From: Podarcis gaigeae
Lineage: Eukaryota
Assembly: GCA_964106915.2 (NCBI GenBank)
Contig: OZ066917.1
DNA length: 64,000 nucleotides
Strand: one strand, 5' to 3'
In this document: one piece after another, positions 25,966-39,510 of the stretch
How positions within the stretch are numbered: the first letter of the stretch is position 1
Layout of the letters: each line of letters opens with the position of its first letter
Notes under the pieces: model-generated
What the model was told of the DNA's origin: nothing
The model's database searches: none
What the model saw: the letters and a program-made list of their open reading frames with translations, nothing else
Made by a program: the position numbers and the translations under genes

Positions 25966-27192
25966 CCCTGATTGCATGGAAGAGCCTACAAAAGTAGAGG
26001 CCCCTGTCAAACTTTCCAATGAGCACAGATAGGTGCAGTGCTGGTCCCCGTTCCACACATTGCATGCCAATGGAAGGTGTGAGAGGTGCTTCAGTGGAGC
26101 CTGGAAGAAAAGGAGCAAGGAATGTAGGCGATAAATAGCATTTCCTTAACTTTTCTGGTTTAGGTGAACCTTTACTTCACACAAAATAAAAGAAATAAAG
26201 GTTGGATCAATTCATTCTTCTAGGTCTAGCACATGTTTCCCAGGTTCTGTGCACAATTACTCAGAAGGAAGTCCCATAGAGTTCTGCAGGATTTACTCCC
26301 AGAAAATGAGAAATGTTACAAAACGTTAATTTCAGGCTCAGAATATTGATTCTGGTAGTTCAGATTGCTTACCTTCCATATGAGTAATATTCCTTGAATA
26401 TTATCACTCTAGCTTGGGTTTTAATTCTACCTCTAGAACAGAATAAAAGAGTTAGATGGGTCCTTGAAGTTCAGCCTTCAGCTAGATAGAAAATAACTTC
26501 TTCCTCTTCACTTTTCTGCTGTTCCTGGATTGGGGGGGAGGTATTTTTTTTCTTATTTTTTTTCCTTCTGTCCTCTGGTGCATGGAACACTATTAGGGCA
26601 GCCCCTAGTATTTTAACATTTATTTCTATTGTGTTTTGGCTATGCACACATTTATGGATCAAAACACAGTGAGGTTGTTTTGTAAGCTGTGCTTCAGGTT
26701 GCAGCATCTTGCTGTAAACATCAGTACACTTTGATGTGTTTCCACATTGCATGCTGTCAGTCCACTCTAGTGGGTACAGAAGAAGTAGGGATATCTTCCC
26801 CCTTGCAAATTGCCTGGTTGGTTTCCTGCTACAGTTTTCAAGTCCAATCAAAGCTGGCTTTGGGGGAAATGGATCAGAATACAGTATTTCACACGTAACT
26901 CTGCATCCTGGATAATGTTGTGTGTACACAGATTCAAAAATCAGTAGTGGGAGTGCACTGGAGCCACAGTAAATGGTGATGTTTACACAGCCCTTGTTTT
27001 TCACATTTGTGGGCTCACATTTGTGGCAGGTGAAATAGGGTGCTCATGGGGGGAAAGCCAAATTGGAATTCGTTTTTGTCACAGTTATAGGATATGACAA
27101 ATTTTGTTAGATTTTCCTTATATGTTTCCAGTTATTTCGTGAGGAAAGAAGTTAGTTAAAAAGAGGAAGTCTATGCTTTAGATATTTGTATT

Positions 27193-27194
<2 letters not shown>

Positions 27195-27222
<28 letters not shown>
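27195..27222. repeat. (TG)14 microsatellite
   Basis: Direct reading of the sequence. Confidence 0.99.
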
Positions 27223-27226
<4 letters not shown>

Positions 27227-28599
27227 ACATAAATATAGCTTGAGTTATCAGTTATGCCTTTGAAGCTAGAAAGATTACAGGGTCTGCCCTTTTTTGTGCT
27301 GACACTCCACTTGAAACACTGTTGATAACTTCCAGGGTGAGCTTGATGAAATACTGCATTAATACTAATTACACTATGTTTTTGGGTGAAAGATGACCTT
27401 GATACAATCTTGGTTGCAATATCCCTTAGAACAAAAAGATAGTGGCAGCATTGACACAGTATGACCTTGAATATCTTGTTTACAAGAAAAGTCCATTATA
27501 GCAAACAATGTATTTCTGTGTTTGTTGATTTAGCAGCTTTATTCAATTCCACGGTATTTGGTGCTGATTTCTAGTAGCCCATCCTTCCTACAATAATCTT
27601 CACATGAAACAGCCTCATGCTCATCTTAATAATAAACTGCTTCAGAAATATGCTTTTTCATTTCAGCTTTTTAAAAGGGGAAGTTTTGCAGCAGACTTGC
27701 CAAAACAGACCAAATGTAGAGTGATACGCAGCAGTATTCTCACTAAATTTGGAAACCAGAACATATACTTAAAGTTTAAAAGGAGAATAGTTTTGCCTTC
27801 ATGTATTTCCCCTTTTTAAATGTTATAATTTACTTAGATTTCTTATCCACAAGGTCCCAGTTAAAACAAAAAGAGTTAACCAACCTTAGTACAGTACTGA
27901 ACTAAGACCAGGACATAGTTGGTTGGTTTTAATGTAGTATATCATAACAGCCACATCTACATATTACATTCGCACAGGCTAAAAATGCCTTACTTGAAGA
28001 CCTATCCTATGCATCCTTACTCCCAAGTAAGTGTCACCAGTTCACAGACGACAGCCCTGGGCTAAATGAGCCACTACGTTCAGCGAGACTTACTTGCCAG
28101 TAAGTGTGTCTACAATGGTAGACTGAGTTGCACTGTATGTGATTGTAAAACTAAATTACAGCTAAAAGTCTGTTTTTAAAAATCTAATCCACACCTTAAA
28201 TGAGTTTCCTGAAGTTAACAGAGTTGGGGAAAAAAATCTGGCTTCGTTCACAAATAATAGCAAACCACAAGTTTGCACTATGAGCACAAGTCATAGTAAG
28301 CCTTGGGTTCACATACTCAACCTCTCCCTCACCTTCTGATGCAGCCAGGAGGAGTTGTGAAGTTTTTGTTTCCATTTTAGACTAATTGAAATTAATAATT
28401 TTATTATTTATATGCTATCCATCTAACTGGGTTGCCCAGTCACTGGGTAGTGATCAGCGCAGCTTGTGATGTGAAATTGGCTCAATTTAACCAACCATAG
28501 TTAAGAATAACTACCGATTCTGTTTTGGTCATAGTGTGTGCATTTGGTGTGGTTACTTTGTGTATTTTTCCTGGCACTGTGCTGTTGAAAGCTCCCTTC

Positions 28600-28742
28600 N
28601 NNNNNNNNNNNNNNNNNNNNNNNNNNNNNNNNNNNNNNNNNNNNNNNNNNNNNNNNNNNNNNNNNNNNNNNNNNNNNNNNNNNNNNNNNNNNNNNNNNNN
28701 NNNNNNNNNNNNNNNNNNNNNNNNNNNNNNNNNNNNNNNNNN
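28600..28742. other. Assembly gap (143 N)
   Basis: Run of N. Confidence 1.
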
Positions 28743-31700
28743 CAATCTAGACCTAACTAACTTCCCATGGTAAGCCTGACTATATACTCAGCAGCCACAT
28801 TGTCCTGTGCCATGACATGTCCTCCCCTCACCATGGCAGACATTTGGTGACTGGTACTAGCTGGTCCAAACATGTTGGTGACCCCTGATATAAAGCATGT
28901 GTTCTGTCATTGGGCTATTTTCCTATTCAAATAATTGATTCTAAGTATTCCAACTGAGAGCCACTCCTCCCTGTTTCTCATGAGGTTGTGTTTTTTACTG
29001 TTTGCATGTAACACAAGCAGATCCCCCTATGTGGTAGGCAAAGCCACCATGTATGGAATTTACCACCTTAAAAAAAGCTTGTGGAATTTATGAAACTTTT
29101 GCAAATTTGATTACAAGTAATCTAACCCTGCTGTGAATTGGATAGCATCAATCTGGAGGTGTGTGTAGAATTAATTGTTCTTTTAATCAAGGAACCTCCC
29201 CTCATTTACATCCCTGTAAAAAATTCTCTTTCTTCCCTCCCTTCCCTAGACATGTTTTAAGTCTTTTTCATACTTCTGTCAAAGTTTCTGCATTTTTTAA
29301 AAGCCTCTCTGACTCATCTTCCCTAAATAATTACCACCTTGTGTCTCCCCTTCCCATATATAATTATAATTTCTTAGAAACATTGTTCTTTGGGTCTATT
29401 AATTTATTTTAATTAATTCTTGTCGTGGTCTTTTCCAGTCTGGTTCTTATTCTTTGTGTTTTACTGACGTGGGCCTTCCTAACTTAACTTGTAGTCTTTC
29501 GTAGGCTAAAATGCAGACTTGTTAAACTCTTTAACTGCAGGCTACAATTGGAAAAAGACTTTGTAGGGAGTGAGTCCCATGGGAGTAAACCTGTACAAGA
29601 TAGAACTGTTAATGAGGTGTAGAAGCTTGAGAGTTGGATTAAGACTAGAACAACCTGGGTTTAAAGCTTAGTGGGTGACCTTAGGTCAATGTTTCTCAGC
29701 CTGACCAACCTCAACAAGGGGGTTAACTACACTATCATTCATTTATTATTTTTGTAACTGGATTTTGTTATAAAGACCTTTTGTTTTAAGAGGATAATCT
29801 GCATCTGTACCACTTCACTACTACTCTTTTGTGTTGAAACTCTTTTATGGTTTCTGCCAATGCTTCCTGAATGTCTGCTCTTTTCACCACCTGCCAGACT
29901 TAACCTAGATAAAACTCTCATTAATTAATTTGTTTCATTGCATTCTGTGTTTCAAATAAAAAAGAAGTTATTGGGTTATTTCAAATAACATAGAAGTTAT
30001 TTGATTGTTTTCAATTATTTAGCTCTCTACTTTTTTATTCTAGAGAATCAAGTTTAAATGTGTTATTCATATTGAATTTTTCAACTTTAATTCAAGGCAC
30101 AGTTTGAATGGTGCCTTTTAAACCAATAAGTTAGTGCACCAAAATGAGACACAAGTTAATAATAATATAAAAGAAAACTAGGTTAATTCAGTTCCTTTAT
30201 TAATCTTACCCTGCCAACTACCTTTCCTTGCATCACACATACATTTTGTAACCACAATTTGCAATAGTTTTAACGTCATTGGGAAAGCTGCATTGGTCTT
30301 ACAAGCCTGATCTGGTTTCTCGATCTATATTCCAGCGCTTTATAGAATAAGCAACCAAAGACTGGACAATATATCAGAACTCGCTATGCGTGACTGCCTT
30401 CTGGGCAATTGAAAACCAGTAGTTTGCTTCTCAGAGTGCAGCAGCATGCTCGTGCATTGCCAATCCATTTCACAGACCTCCAAGTTACCAAAGTCTATGA
30501 AATTTTTGGATCCTGTAGCTCCTGATTTTGCTTTAAAGCATCTGTTCCCAATATTTCCGGGCTTGGAGTGATGAAAAGAAATGAGTCTTTCATAGCCATT
30601 GGCTTTGGCTATTCTCCATTGCCTGACACTCTGCCAAATACTTTCCAAGAGTTGTTATAGACTCGCAATGCCTTTGGGACTTTTGGTTGTATAATACATC
30701 CCTTGAAGCACAGCGTGATTGTTGGGGTTGCTGGCAGCAAAGTCTTAGGGAACCAATTTGCTAATTGTTTGAGTGTGACTGAGGCATGTACTTCTTTACT
30801 TCCGGGCACATTAGGGCACTGACCTTTCAGAATGGCCCAATGGTTTCTGATGCTAAGTTCTTTGAAACTATTGTGAAAATTGGACTTTAGCTTTCAGCAT
30901 ATTGTCAACATGAAAGAGAGAAACAGAAATAAGCAGGGAAATTCTGTTTACTGCTGTGTGCGCTATGTGATCAAAATGCAATGTTCTTTTATCAACTGGA
31001 ACAGTTATAATCCATCTCTTTTGAAAGAAGATAGTGGGCAATGCTAATCCCACTGTATTACCAAATAGTCAAATAGGTAATACAAACAGAAACTATTTTG
31101 TCAAATAGTTGCAAATAGAAACTATTTTGTCATTTTTAGTTAGCTTGTTTGTTTTTTAATATTGCTGACCTACAGCAGCAGGATCTTTTGTTTTAAAAAT
31201 AAACATGGATATAGGTGCAAAGCAATCTGCTGATGGATTACCTGTCAGGCACTCGCTGATGCAGACCAGTACTTGTGTGTATTTTCCCATTCTTTCAACA
31301 ATTGAGAGCAAAATGGTGTATAACTAGCAGTAGACAAGCTCTGTGACACTGGAAATAGTGCCTACATAGATGAAGATCACAAAAGCCTTCATTTTCCAGG
31401 GTGTCTAAACTATATCAATTCTCTTAAATGTTTGTGGAGCTGACCAATAGCTTCAAAGAGCTTCCTTCCTCTCAAGGAAGTGAAACTTATCTTGAAGTAG
31501 ATCTAAGTGGTTTATGAGTGGCTTCTCATGTGAGATACTCCTCCACAGCAATGCATTGCCTTTTCAATAATAACTTTTATTAAAAGCAGACACAGACACA
31601 AAACCAATTTTCTTTGGATAGTGTGTGTTCCAGCTCTCCAGTACTCTTAGAGGAGAGAAATGGTCTAGAACGGACACTGTTTGTGATCCAGTCTAGGAAA

Positions 31701-33754
31701 CGTCTTCTCACTATTGATTATCTTGACAGGGAGAAGTGTTTGAATTAGCAAGCCATTGAAAATGCACCCAATACTATAACAGTTAAACTATCTGTAAAAT
31801 TTGTTTGCAAATTGAAAAAAAATAATATTTCAGATGCCATCACTGAGAAGTTGTATCTAGTTTATTTGTCAATACTTCTGGCCATTTAAATCATTACAGT
31901 TGGTACCTCAGAATTTCTCTACCTACTGGCACATAACTGTCATAATTCCAGTACAGGCTCTTACAGTGACAGATAAGTGATGTGCCCAAGGAATTTCCAC
32001 ACCCTGAATGTTCTCTAGCTGCTTTAATGGACCCCAGAGGCTGCAGACATCTTAAAGCTCTTAAGACTTCTATAAATCGCATGTGGGATCCTTGCCAGAG
32101 CAGTTCAGAATTTGCTGCTTGCAAATATTGCTTGAAGCTTTCTGCGCTGAGCTTTCCCTACATCACCCATCTTGTTCTTAATAGCTTGGCTACATTGTAA
32201 ATAAGCTATGCAAATTAATTTCACCATTTCAGTGAACTTTCGTAGGTCTCCATCACACAAATATATAATGTCACATTTCTCAAAGCTGTTTCTTCTGTAT
32301 TTGGGGAAGGTACTTCTGACAAATATTTCTGTATCAATTATGCTTGATTATATTTAAAACAAAACTGTTTTCTTATGATAGTAACTGGGAGAAAAAGCAG
32401 CAGCCTGGGAAGACATTTGCTCTGCCCTGTAAATGCCCATTCACCCATCTTTATGGAATAAAGATCTGCTTCTCTCCTATAGTTCAAAACAATAATTTAT
32501 CACTTTGAAAAATCAAGGTCAATATACTCAGTTAGTTCTTCTCTTAACAAAGTTTTCTTAATTTATAACATTTGACAAATATATTGGGAGAACCGATATT
32601 TAGGCTGCAATCCTAAACCCACTTACCTAGAACTAAGCCTCCTTGAATTTAAAAGGACTTACTTCTGAGTAGATAAATTTAGAATTGAGTGGTTAATCCC
32701 ACTGAAATTATTGGAATTTAAGTTAGTCATGGTTATCTTAACTCCCAGGTCTATGCAGAGTTTATTTGAGGCTCATGGCAGGTGAATGGGAGCCTTGTTA
32801 TATTGTACAAGACTGCAGGGTGAGAGGGGGAAATACCTGAAATCATGTAGGGAACCTTGCAGCACAATTCATTCTGTGCGTTTTTGGGAGTGCTGGGCAG
32901 CAGAGGGAAATAGAGAGATTTGCCTCCCATTCATACAACCATGAGATAAAACCTATTATTTACTAGCTTTATTTAAATCAATTTTTAATAAATAGAGTTT
33001 ATTGGGGAATGGGCAGCCAACACTCAATGTAAGGTTGCTGGAAGACCCTTCTGTTAGGTAATGAAGGTGAGAGTGGTAAATACATTTTCAGCAAGTGGGA
33101 GAAGGGAAATAGTAGCACAAGGCACATTTAATTTTCAGTAGCAATATTATGCTCCATCCCCTTTCAACAGCAGCTCCTGCTTGCTTCAGGCAGAGATTTG
33201 AAGGCTGGCTTTATTCCAGCATGTTGAAAAGGAGCTGTTGCCTATACAAATCTGCATAATAGCAATCTTCATCATTAGTAGTTTTTATATTTTTCTCCGT
33301 TTCTCAAGTAATGATTCATAATGAGTGGAAATGAGCTGGATAGTTCATTGGTGAGCTTGAATATTGATTAACTGAAACCCTAAAACAGCATCTTCTGACC
33401 GTGTCTATTTTATTGTTTATTTGTTTGTTCTTATCAATACTGGATTTTGTGGCCAAAAAAAGATATATTACAGCACAATACTTGGGTTTTGATTTTGATT
33501 GGTCCCGTGCCATTGCTTATAGCATCCCAGTATGCATTATACTTCCTTCAGGGGAGGCTTCTCATGGGCCAAGTGGGGTGTAGCCCTGCCAACATTCCCC
33601 CCCCCTCCAAAGTCATAAAAATCACTAACAGTAGGTCCCTTCTCTATCTCTAAGGAGAGGAAACAGTTAAAAAAAACCCACCCAAGCATAGAAAGAGTGA
33701 GGGAGTCAGGGCAGGAGGATTCCTATCTCTTCTCCTGGCTTCTCTCTCTCTCTC

Positions 33755-34428
33755 TGTCAAAAGCCACGCCTGGGGGAGATTTAAACAATACTTTGTCTAC
33801 CTAAAGCCCTGAGTGTGGAATTGAGCTGGGCTGTTCTTGCATAGCCCCAAGGTGTTTACTTGTCCTGCTTTGCCAAAAATGCTTGTGAGAAATCCACTCC
33901 CCTTCCCTGAGGGGCGGTGTTGCAGACTGGCATCCAGGACCCCCAGTGACCCGGATTGGGCCTGAGGGATGCCGCCCATGTCACCAAGACTCCGGCTGCA
34001 TCACACCCCCGGCTGACCAATCTGGGTGGCTGGGGGGGGGGGTGGGCTGGCCGCAGGACGTTTAAACTGCAGCACGTCTGGGGGGGGGGGCTGGCTTCCT
34101 TTTGCCTCATTACTTTTGACCGGGAGGCCTTGTTTCGCAATGGTGGTGTTCACCTTTTTGATATGGGAAATGATATTTGGCCATTTGATATCATGGAGGG
34201 CATTTGAGATTGGTTGCAGTTGTGAGGGTGTTGGCGATGAGGCATTGGGTACGCTTTTGTGATGGGAGGGGTCAGGATATAGTCCGGTTTCACCCAATGC
34301 CTAAGCCAAACCGCTCACATCTGTAACCAATAAAGTTGTGGCCTATTTTTGCCCATTAACCTAAATTATCCATGTCTCTGTGTGTTTATTATATAAGGGA
34401 ACTACAGGGCCTGGGGCCTTGCTGTGCA
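33755..34428 (+). mobile_element. LTR-like element (solo LTR or DIRS-type terminal repeat), relatively young
   Basis: Begins TG next to a (CT)n tract and ends CA. GC/CpG-rich with a CCAAT box, TTTAAA TATA-like box, G-runs and AATAAA near 34329 followed by GT-rich sequence. No clear TSD found. Confidence 0.6.
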
Positions 34429-34596
34429 GATGATGGGTCTTTGCTTGTATTGGGAACCTGTTTTTCTGATGGGGAAGATGGAATACTGTTGAGGGCTTCT
34501 GTTGAAATTACAAGCTATCCTATAGCACTTTCTTTGCATTCCCCCCCCCCACCAAATATTTTTGTCTATGTGTTTTAACTCACTGTTCAGCTAAGC

Positions 34597-34732
34597 CACA
34601 CATGGCCAAACTTGGCCCTTCAGATGTTTTGGGACTACAACTCCCATCATCCCTAGATAACTGGACCAATGGTTGGGGATGATGGGAATTGTAGTCCCAA
34701 AACATCTGAAGGGCTAAGTTTGGCCCTGCCTA
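34597..34732. mobile_element. hAT-like hairpin MITE, near-perfect palindrome
   Basis: Arms GGCCAAACTTGGCCCTTCAGATGTTTTGGGACTACAACTCCCATCATCCC and GGGATGATGGGAATTGTAGTCCCAAAACATCTGAAGGGCTAAGTTTGGCC. 8-bp flanks AGCTAAGC / GGCTAAGC. Confidence 0.9.
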
Positions 34733-34894
34733 GGCTAAGCCTTCTAAGAGAAAACCCATTGAAAGTAATAAACCTAAGTGAATCATGCCTATTAACTTCA
34801 AGGGCTTACTCTGAATAGAACTAGCATTTAATATCACCCATTTATGCCAGAGTACGTATTTATTGATAAGGGGGGGGGGGAGGAATAAATGGCA

Positions 34895-34968
34895 GGCCTG
34901 AAAAGCACCCCATAGTCGCCTTTGACTGGACTTAACTGTCCAGGGGTCCTTTACCTTTTTCCTTACCT
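34895..34968 (+). mobile_element. Sauria SINE 3' fragment
   Basis: GGCCTGAAAAGC-ACCCCATAGTCGCCTTTGACTGGACTTAACTGTCCAGGGGTCCTTTACCTTT matches the 3' end of the copy at 23135-23226. Confidence 0.85.
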
Positions 34969-36007
34969 GAATTCAAATCTTTACTCTGCCATGAAGCTCA
35001 CTATATGACACTGGGGCAATTGCTATGGTTTCATTTTGGTGAACAATGCATGCTGCCTGCAAACCTCTGTCCACTTAAATGAGAGCAAGTTGTATTGGGC
35101 CCTTCCTTCATGGAGCAGGGAAACAAGCTCCAGTGGCTGACTTCACATAACAACAAAACTACTCACAAGGAATGAGGAGGGGGACCCATGTGATGTCATA
35201 GGGCCACTGGATCTAGGTTCTACAGTACCAGTTCCCAGTTACTTCCTTGCATTAAGGGTTGATTCACGTTTTATGCCCTTTAATCATCAGTGTGTGCAGT
35301 GTAAGCCCTGCAAGGTGTGAAGGGAAGGTTCAAGAACAATGACAATTTGAAACAGCCCTTGGACTTTGGAACTGCTGGAGTGTTAACACTGCAAGTTTAC
35401 TTCCCCCCAATGAATGAGTCTTGTTCTAGAAATGGCTACAAACACACAGCTTCTGGACATTCCTGGAAGTATCAGCACCAGCAGCTTTTATTACAGGCCT
35501 GACTAACTGTTCATTCTGATGAACTGAATAGAAATAAAAGATGAGAAAAAACACGCTGAGACTGTCAGTGTCACAAAATGTCAAATCTTTCCAGAAAAAA
35601 GGTGCGGTAGAGAAATCTATATATGTATTTGTCTTAAGGTGCATGTTTTCAGGCTGTAGCAGCCCTTTTCAAAGAACATTCCTTATGTGTTAAGTGTGGG
35701 GGAGCAATGAGACCACACTGGGCAGCCCATATCATTGTGTGCCACTCTGGTGTGCTCCCTGGGTATCATATTGAGTTAAATGTATGAAAGGGGCTCTCTA
35801 CACATATCACTGAGTAGCTCATTTCTGCAGAAAGTCTACATGTGCCCAAAGACAGCAAAGAGCAACGAGTGAGTCATTGTGGTAAACCAAGAAAGAGACC
35901 CATTTTTTCTGCAACCAGCATTGACCCTATTGTGTGCCAGCCAAGTGGGAATTGGTTGCATATAGATAGCTAACTGACTCCCACAGAGCTCTGTGCCATA
36001 TCTAATA

Positions 36008-36219
36008 CAGTCATACCTCATGTTGCATTAGGTTCATGTTGCGTCTTTTCGGCTTGCGAACATGGCAAACCCGGAAGTGTATACTTCTGGGTTTCGCCGT
36101 GTGCGCAGAAGTGTGCTGCGCGCTTTGCATATGCGCAGAAGCACTGCTCTAGTTGTGGACTTTCTGAGGTGCAAATGGCACCCCAGAACAGATCATGTCC
36201 ACAACTAGTGGTACCACTG
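36008..36219. mobile_element. Tc1/mariner (Tigger-like) MITE
   Basis: TA|CAGTCATACCTCATGTTG ... CAACTAGTGGTACCACTG|TA, with an internal palindrome AAACCCGGAAGT..ACTTCTGGGTTT. Confidence 0.85.
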
Positions 36220-36939
36220 TATAGGCACCTTTAATCTGCCACCAATCATCCCTTGCAAGTGAACGGCTTCCATCCAGTAAGCATATGCTGCCTCAAATAA
36301 AATAAGTACCCTTTTGGCATTTCCCGAAAGATTCAAGCTCATCCCTTCAAGGACAAGATCACCTTATTAAAATAAGAGTTGACTGGCAGAGATACACTTG
36401 TGACTTTGCTTTAGCCCTATGGCATGAAACCTCATGAGTATGAATCAAGATGACCCACGAAAACTCATCTGCCTACACAATGACACTGCTGTTTCATTTC
36501 TCCTTCCTTGTCATACGGTTTGTTCCTCTCCAAGCAATATAGCCCCTTCCTAGGGGTTTTAGTTCCCCACCGGCAGTGATGTCAGGCTGGAGATCAGGAT
36601 GACAATGAGAGTTTAGAAAGAGAAATATATCTTATGTAAAGTATGTGTAATTGTCCACAGTCCTTTTATATATATTTCTTTACCTAATTACTTAAAAGGC
36701 AATATTTTTAACTAAGTATCCAACGACACGAACTAATTCTGTGATATTGTAAGAACAACTATTTAGCATTAACAATTCTTGTCTTATTTTGCTTTCCGCC
36801 CCGCTTCTTCCCTTCTCCATTTCTCCTTGCTGTGTTGGGTTTTTAGGTAAGCTTGAAGGCAGGGACTGTCTCATTTTAACCGAGTGTATACTAACCATTC
36901 TGGAAGCCTTTCTATGTTGGAGAGCAAGGTACAAATACT

Positions 36940-36987
36940 GGAAGGAAGGAAGGAAGGAAGGAAGGAAGGAAGGAAGGAAGGAAGGAA
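36940..36987. repeat. (GGAA)12 microsatellite
   Basis: Direct reading of the sequence. Confidence 0.99.
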
Positions 36988-39294
36988 GATATATCCTCAT
37001 TAATCCTTCTAATACACCATTTAGAAGGGCAACTTTTCTTATGCTTGTAAAGTGACTAATTTGTTAAGTGAAGTAAGGTTAGAAATAAGGAAATGAGGTC
37101 AATTGGCTTAGATGTTATAACAGAGGAAATGCAGCCAAGAAGTATACCCAAGCCCCCTAAATCGCCTTCCCCGCCTTTTTCCCCCTGAAGGCTCTCCTGT
37201 GCCTTCACAAGCTATCCATCAGAAACCCCACTGTGCAATTGAGAAAAATTCTCTCTCTCCCCTCCCCAACTCTTAAACAATTTTCACTCATCTCCTTTCA
37301 CGTGCCACTTCTAACCTCTTGGCCTACCTGAATTATAAGTGCTTCAAGGCAGAAGCCAGGTATGCAAGTACTTTTATATACGGTATCTTTAATCTCCTCC
37401 TCTGACGGTGACCTATTTTTTTCTTCAAAATAAAGCAAAACAGAACAAAACAAAACAAAATACTTAACACAGTTTATTCTAAACAATTTGGGCCTTTAAT
37501 GCAGTAAACGTCAGAATTCTATGAACAGGGACATTATTTTTCTGTTTATACTCAAAAGTCAGTTACATGAAAAGCGGGGAACTCTCTGTATTTACTTATG
37601 CTTTCAATAAATGTTGGCACAATTACTTTGAATTATTTCTTTACATCCTCAAGAATCATTTTCAAATCATGAATATCAGCAAGCGGAAAGGTTGGCTTTA
37701 TTTAACAGTACCACTATATTTTAATAGGTGTAAAAGTGCTGAAATGAGGCAACTTGTTTGGAGGGTGTCAAGAGGGGGAAGGGGGTTCTGTACTATTTAG
37801 GTGTAGATGCTGCTATAAAAATGTTACGCTAAATGTTACGCTAAATAGCGCTCTCTGTTGAAAATGGTGTTTGATTTTTTGATTTACAGCAACAGTTCTG
37901 CTCATCATCACACAAACACACACTCAGAGCTCATTACTTTTCACACTATTATAATTATCAGCTCTTTTACATCTTCAGACTTTATTGGAGGTGTCTGGAA
38001 GGATATTCTATTTTGCATGCACAGCTGGTTATTTCACACTGATGTTACTTCTCCCCCAGTAAAGAAAGATGTGCTGTACAGATATGGGGCGGAAATCTTG
38101 CTCACCACGTTTTATATTAATGTAGTGTTATTAGGAAGGTCACAAAGGACATTTAACAAAACAGGCTCAATTATATAGTTAATACTATATAAAGATATAT
38201 TTATTTTTAAGTGATCATTTTGTATGCTATTATCTTTGCTGATTGCTAACAACTGCAGTGTTAAATTTTGATTAGGTAGCTTAGTTTTTTGTTTAATACT
38301 TTCATTTCCAAACTGAGCTCAATATACAAAGACTTCTTGATGCATGCATATGATAATTAAAGGACCAAAATGGTGCCAATATAAACAGCTTTATGGTTTT
38401 TTTATAGTTTATAAAGCAGCTGAAAATAAGTAGCTATAGTACAAAAATAAAATACAGTTCATTATACCAGGTTTCCATTCTGAGCACTGGTCAACACCTA
38501 GTTCTATAAAAAAACTTTGAGGGAATTTAGTAATGAGCACTGGCCTATCTTCTATTCTCTCCAAAGCAGGCTGTCAGCAAGCCTAACTCCCAGTCACCAT
38601 TTCTTCCTCTACTGGCAGTTGGACCAGTTTTTTGAACTGCTTGAGCTACGTCTTATATTGGATCCCTTGGAGGCTGAACAGCCGTATTGTCCACCAGTCA
38701 TAGATCCCAAATTATTTCTAGTAATAGTCCTAAATAGTCACTTGTGAGCTTTCCTCTTGCCCTGGCTTGCCTTGGAATCCATTCTCTGATGAAAAATATT
38801 TTAGCATTTCTTAAAGAAAGCTTCTCTTTTCTTTTTAATGAGATCGTAAGCAGTGGTGAAGTATGTTCACTGGAAACATGAGAGGCACTGCCAGGTTCTC
38901 CTTACCTGGAAAAGATGCTACTGAGCTGACAAGCAGGAAGCAGAGGTTGCACCATTTTCTGTGCTTTAAAAATCAGTCTGGGAGATAGAGGAAACTGCAA
39001 ATCCCATGCTCCTGGTAGGAAATTGTGTTTCTCAGTTTGCACAGGAATTCCACTTGCGGGTAAGGTTTCTTATATTGCTACTAAACTGTCCTTCCCTGGT
39101 TATTGCATTTCCATTTTCTAAGTAAAGGTCATGTTATTTACAAAAAAAGTGCACAACATGCTACCAAGGTGAAGATATGAATGCGATTGTAAGAAAGATT
39201 GGAATTTGGGGGGATCTAGACTCTCTTATATCCTAAAAGGCCCCCTATTTTTGAATGAAGTCCATTATAACCTACAGACTTCTAATGCAGGGGC

Positions 39295-39510
39295 ATAAAA
39301 TCATAGAATTGGAAGGGACCCCTGGGTCATCTAGTCTAACCCCCACAATGCAGGAAACTCAACTACATGACAGATGGCCATCCAACCTCTGCTTAAAACT
39401 CTCCAGTGAAGGGGAGTCCACCACCTTACTGTCAGGAAGTTCTTCCTGATGTTTAGTCAGAATCTCCTTTCTTGTAACTTGAATCCATTGTTACAGATCA
39501 GAGCAGGAGG
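39295..39510 (-). mobile_element. CR1 LINE 3' end
   Basis: ATCATAGAATTGGAAGGGACCCCTGGGTCATCTAGTCTAACCCC..GATGGCCATCCAACCTCTGCTTAAAA..TCTTGTAACTTGAATCCATTG is the typical CR1 3' terminus in reverse. Confidence 0.9.

Noticed and set aside
26471-27004. Longest ORF in the track (177 aa, minus strand)
   Set aside because: Non-ATG start, low-complexity tail from T-runs, no recognisable motif, and intronic antisense position.
28482-28773. ORFs spanning N runs (also 56050-56346)
   Set aside because: Artefacts of assembly gaps.
30340-30809. Coding-looking stretch with minus-strand ORFs
   Set aside because: The frames I translated have stops and no recognisable protein or transposon motif.
31087-31132. 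AGAAACTATTTTGTCA duplicated at 29-bp spacing
   Set aside because: Ordinary short tandem duplication with no further structure.
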